Assembly: GCA_965243205.1 (NCBI GenBank)
Contig: CBDEUK010000002.1
Location: 1,760,001-1,824,000 of the forward strand
DNA length: 64,000 nt
Reading direction: 5' to 3'
Origin: Gammaproteobacteria bacterium
Lineage (GTDB): Bacteria > Pseudomonadota > Gammaproteobacteria > Eutrophobiales > Eutrophobiaceae
A program made the position numbers and the translations under genes. The notes beneath the pieces are model-generated. The model worked only from the letters and a program-made list of their open reading frames with translations. It ran no database searches and was not told where the DNA came from. Numbering within the stretch: position 1 is the first letter of the stretch; every line of letters starts with the position of its first letter. Of this stretch, positions 62,348-64,000 are shown piece by piece.

Positions 62348-62373
62348 GAATTAAAGAGGTAGATCTCTTTAAT
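62348..62373 (+). repeat. 26-bp quasi-palindromic intergenic element, copy B (may also act as a terminator)
   Basis: GAATTAAAGAGG-TAGATCT-CTTTAAT. Confidence 0.7.
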
Positions 62374-62500
62374 ATTTCTAGCAGTTTTTAGGATCTTATA
62401 ATTATTAAATTACAATAATCCTGGCATTTCCATCTAACGGCCAGATTGTTGCCATATTGTTTTGGCTTAATTCTTCTTAATACACTAAGGAGAATTATTC

Positions 62501-63826
62501 ATGACCACAAACAATTTACTGGATAGACTCAATGATTCAATTATTTGGAAAGTAACTGTCATTGGGATTATTATTTTATTGCTTCTCATCCCTATGAGCA
62601 TGGTTGAGTCTGTTATCAATGAAAGAAGCTATGTTTATCGATCCGTTACTCAGGAGATAACAAATTCTTGGGGTGGAGAGGTGAAAGTAGTTGAACCAAT
62701 TCTAACCATTTCTAAATCAAAAAAAATTCATCAACATAACGCAGGTTTTATTTTCAGTAAGCACAATCAGCATTTGTTGCCTGAAAATTTAAGTATATCT
62801 GGCAAGATGAATACACAAATTCGTAAAAGGGGAATTTATAAAGTACCTGTTTTTTCCGGCAATCTAAATTTAAAAGGTGATTATTTATTAACGAAAGAAG
62901 TATTAGATAATTTTAGTTATGAAAAAAAGCCTTTATTGCAAATGCCATTTGATTTACGTGCAATAAAGAAAACACCAATACTTAAATGGAATGGAAAGAC
63001 GGTTAATGTTTCTGTCGTTAAATCATCTGCAAATAGTAATTGGGTTATATTTAATGCAGAAATACCAAAAGATTCTATTCTCAAGACAGGAAAAAACTCG
63101 TTTGAATTGAGCTTGGACTTATCAGGAAGTAATGCGCTGATTTTTCAATCTGGTGCAAAACAAAGCGAAATCAATGTTGTTTCTAACTGGGATTCACCAA
63201 GTTTTTTTGGTGGAACGTTGCCTTTTTCCCATGAGATAAACGATACAGGTTTTAAAGCCACTTGGAAAAATAATAATTTTTTTACCGATATTGGACACGA
63301 AAACAGTCGAGAGATTTCTCCAGCATGGGTTAATAATGATAATGAATATGGTGTTAGATTTATTGAAACGGTTGATACTTATCAACTGGTCACAAGAGTA
63401 ACAAAATATGCATTGTTATTTCTTACGTTATTGTTTTCCGTATATTTTATTTATGAGACGATTGGCGGTTCCAAATTACACCCTATTCAATATGTGTTTG
63501 TAGGCTTTGCTAACTGCATCTTTTATCTCTTGCTCTTGTCATTATCAGAACATGTTAGTTTTAATATAGCTTATACTTTTAGTGCGGCTGCATCGTCTTT
63601 ATTGATTGCAATGTATAGTAGAAGTATTTTGCGAAGTACTATTAAAGGTATAACCGTCTTTGTGAAGCTATCCGTTTTATATATGTTTATTTTCTTGATA
63701 TTAAAATCAGAAGACTATGCATTGTTAATTGGTAGTCTCGGATTGTTTATTATTCTAGCACTGATAATGTATCTAACTCGCAATTTTGATTGGCAGAATA
63801 GAACAATCTATAAACAAGCTAATTAA
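62501..63826 (+). CDS. creD: inner membrane protein CreD
   Basis: LLLIP...ER, RKRGIY.VPVF, SNWDSPSF.G..P, YQLVTRVTKYA, LHPIQY..VG, LLLSLSEH, SEDYALLIGS. Confidence 0.9.
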   Translation: MTTNNLLDRLNDSIIWKVTVIGIIILLLLIPMSMVESVINERSYVYRSVTQEITNSWGGEVKVVEPILTISKSKKIHQHNAGFIFSKHNQHLLPENLSISGKMNTQIRKRGIYKVPVFSGNLNLKGDYLLTKEVLDNFSYEKKPLLQMPFDLRAIKKTPILKWNGKTVNVSVVKSSANSNWVIFNAEIPKDSILKTGKNSFELSLDLSGSNALIFQSGAKQSEINVVSNWDSPSFFGGTLPFSHEINDTGFKATWKNNNFFTDIGHENSREISPAWVNNDNEYGVRFIETVDTYQLVTRVTKYALLFLTLLFSVYFIYETIGGSKLHPIQYVFVGFANCIFYLLLLSLSEHVSFNIAYTFSAAASSLLIAMYSRSILRSTIKGITVFVKLSVLYMFIFLILKSEDYALLIGSLGLFIILALIMYLTRNFDWQNRTIYKQAN

Positions 63827-63835
63827 GCTATACAC

Positions 63836-64000
63836 ATGTTTATTGCACATGCTCCTGCAAGTTATATTGCCAGCTATTATTTGGCTGGCAATATATTTAA
63901 TGATTTATTGAGTCAGTATAATAAAAAACAATTATTATTTATGGGTGTTTGCTCGGGTTTAATACCTGATGTCGATTTATTATATTTTTATTTCATTGAT
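63836..64000 (+). CDS. membrane-bound metal-dependent hydrolase (YdjM-like), partial
   Basis: Manual translation MFIAHAPASYI...GLIPDVDLLYFYFID; runs off the window. Confidence 0.75.
   Translation, partial: MFIAHAPASYIASYYLAGNIFNDLLSQYNKKQLLFMGVCSGLIPDVDLLYFYFID

Noticed and set aside
62463-62477. sigma54-like TGGC-N7-TTCT upstream of creD
   Set aside because: Lacks the conserved GC at -12
58025-64000. Classical integron or CRISPR interpretation of the array
   Set aside because: No RYYYAAC...GTTRRRY attC structures, no intI, no regularly spaced identical repeats, no cas genes

Overview
AT-rich gammaproteobacterial chromosomal window around the replication-origin gene cluster: gyrB (partial)-recF-dnaN-dnaA, divergent from rpmH-rnpA-yidD-yidC-mnmE. 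It continues with an LPS/surface-glycan cluster, ilvE, tatABC, hisAFIE, polA, the lptCAB-rpoN-PTS(Ntr/HprK) operon, ftsYEX-rpoH, M16 peptidases-rsmD-coaD-ggt, DNA glycosylases, a Gld-like ABC system, an oxoprolinase subunit, a DosC-like diguanylate cyclase and suhB/trmJ. From about 58 kb there is an accessory array of unrelated, co-oriented genes. Most content is housekeeping, and I found no tRNA, rRNA, CRISPR array, transposase or integrase. Best leads: (1) the 58-64 kb array, whose spacers carry a recurring degenerate element, including two 26-bp copies with identical flanks and a variable 7-bp core (possible gene-cassette system, inferred); (2) a globin-coupled diguanylate cyclase whose heme-ligating His appears replaced by Phe; (3) three conserved genes (rnpA, rsmD, hypoxanthine glycosylase) whose conserved N-termini require non-canonical starts (candidates CTG, ATA, ATT); (4) an rpoH leader with a sigmaE-like promoter overlapped by a perfect CIRCE plus a third arm. 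All family assignments come from motif recognition by eye, not from database searches.
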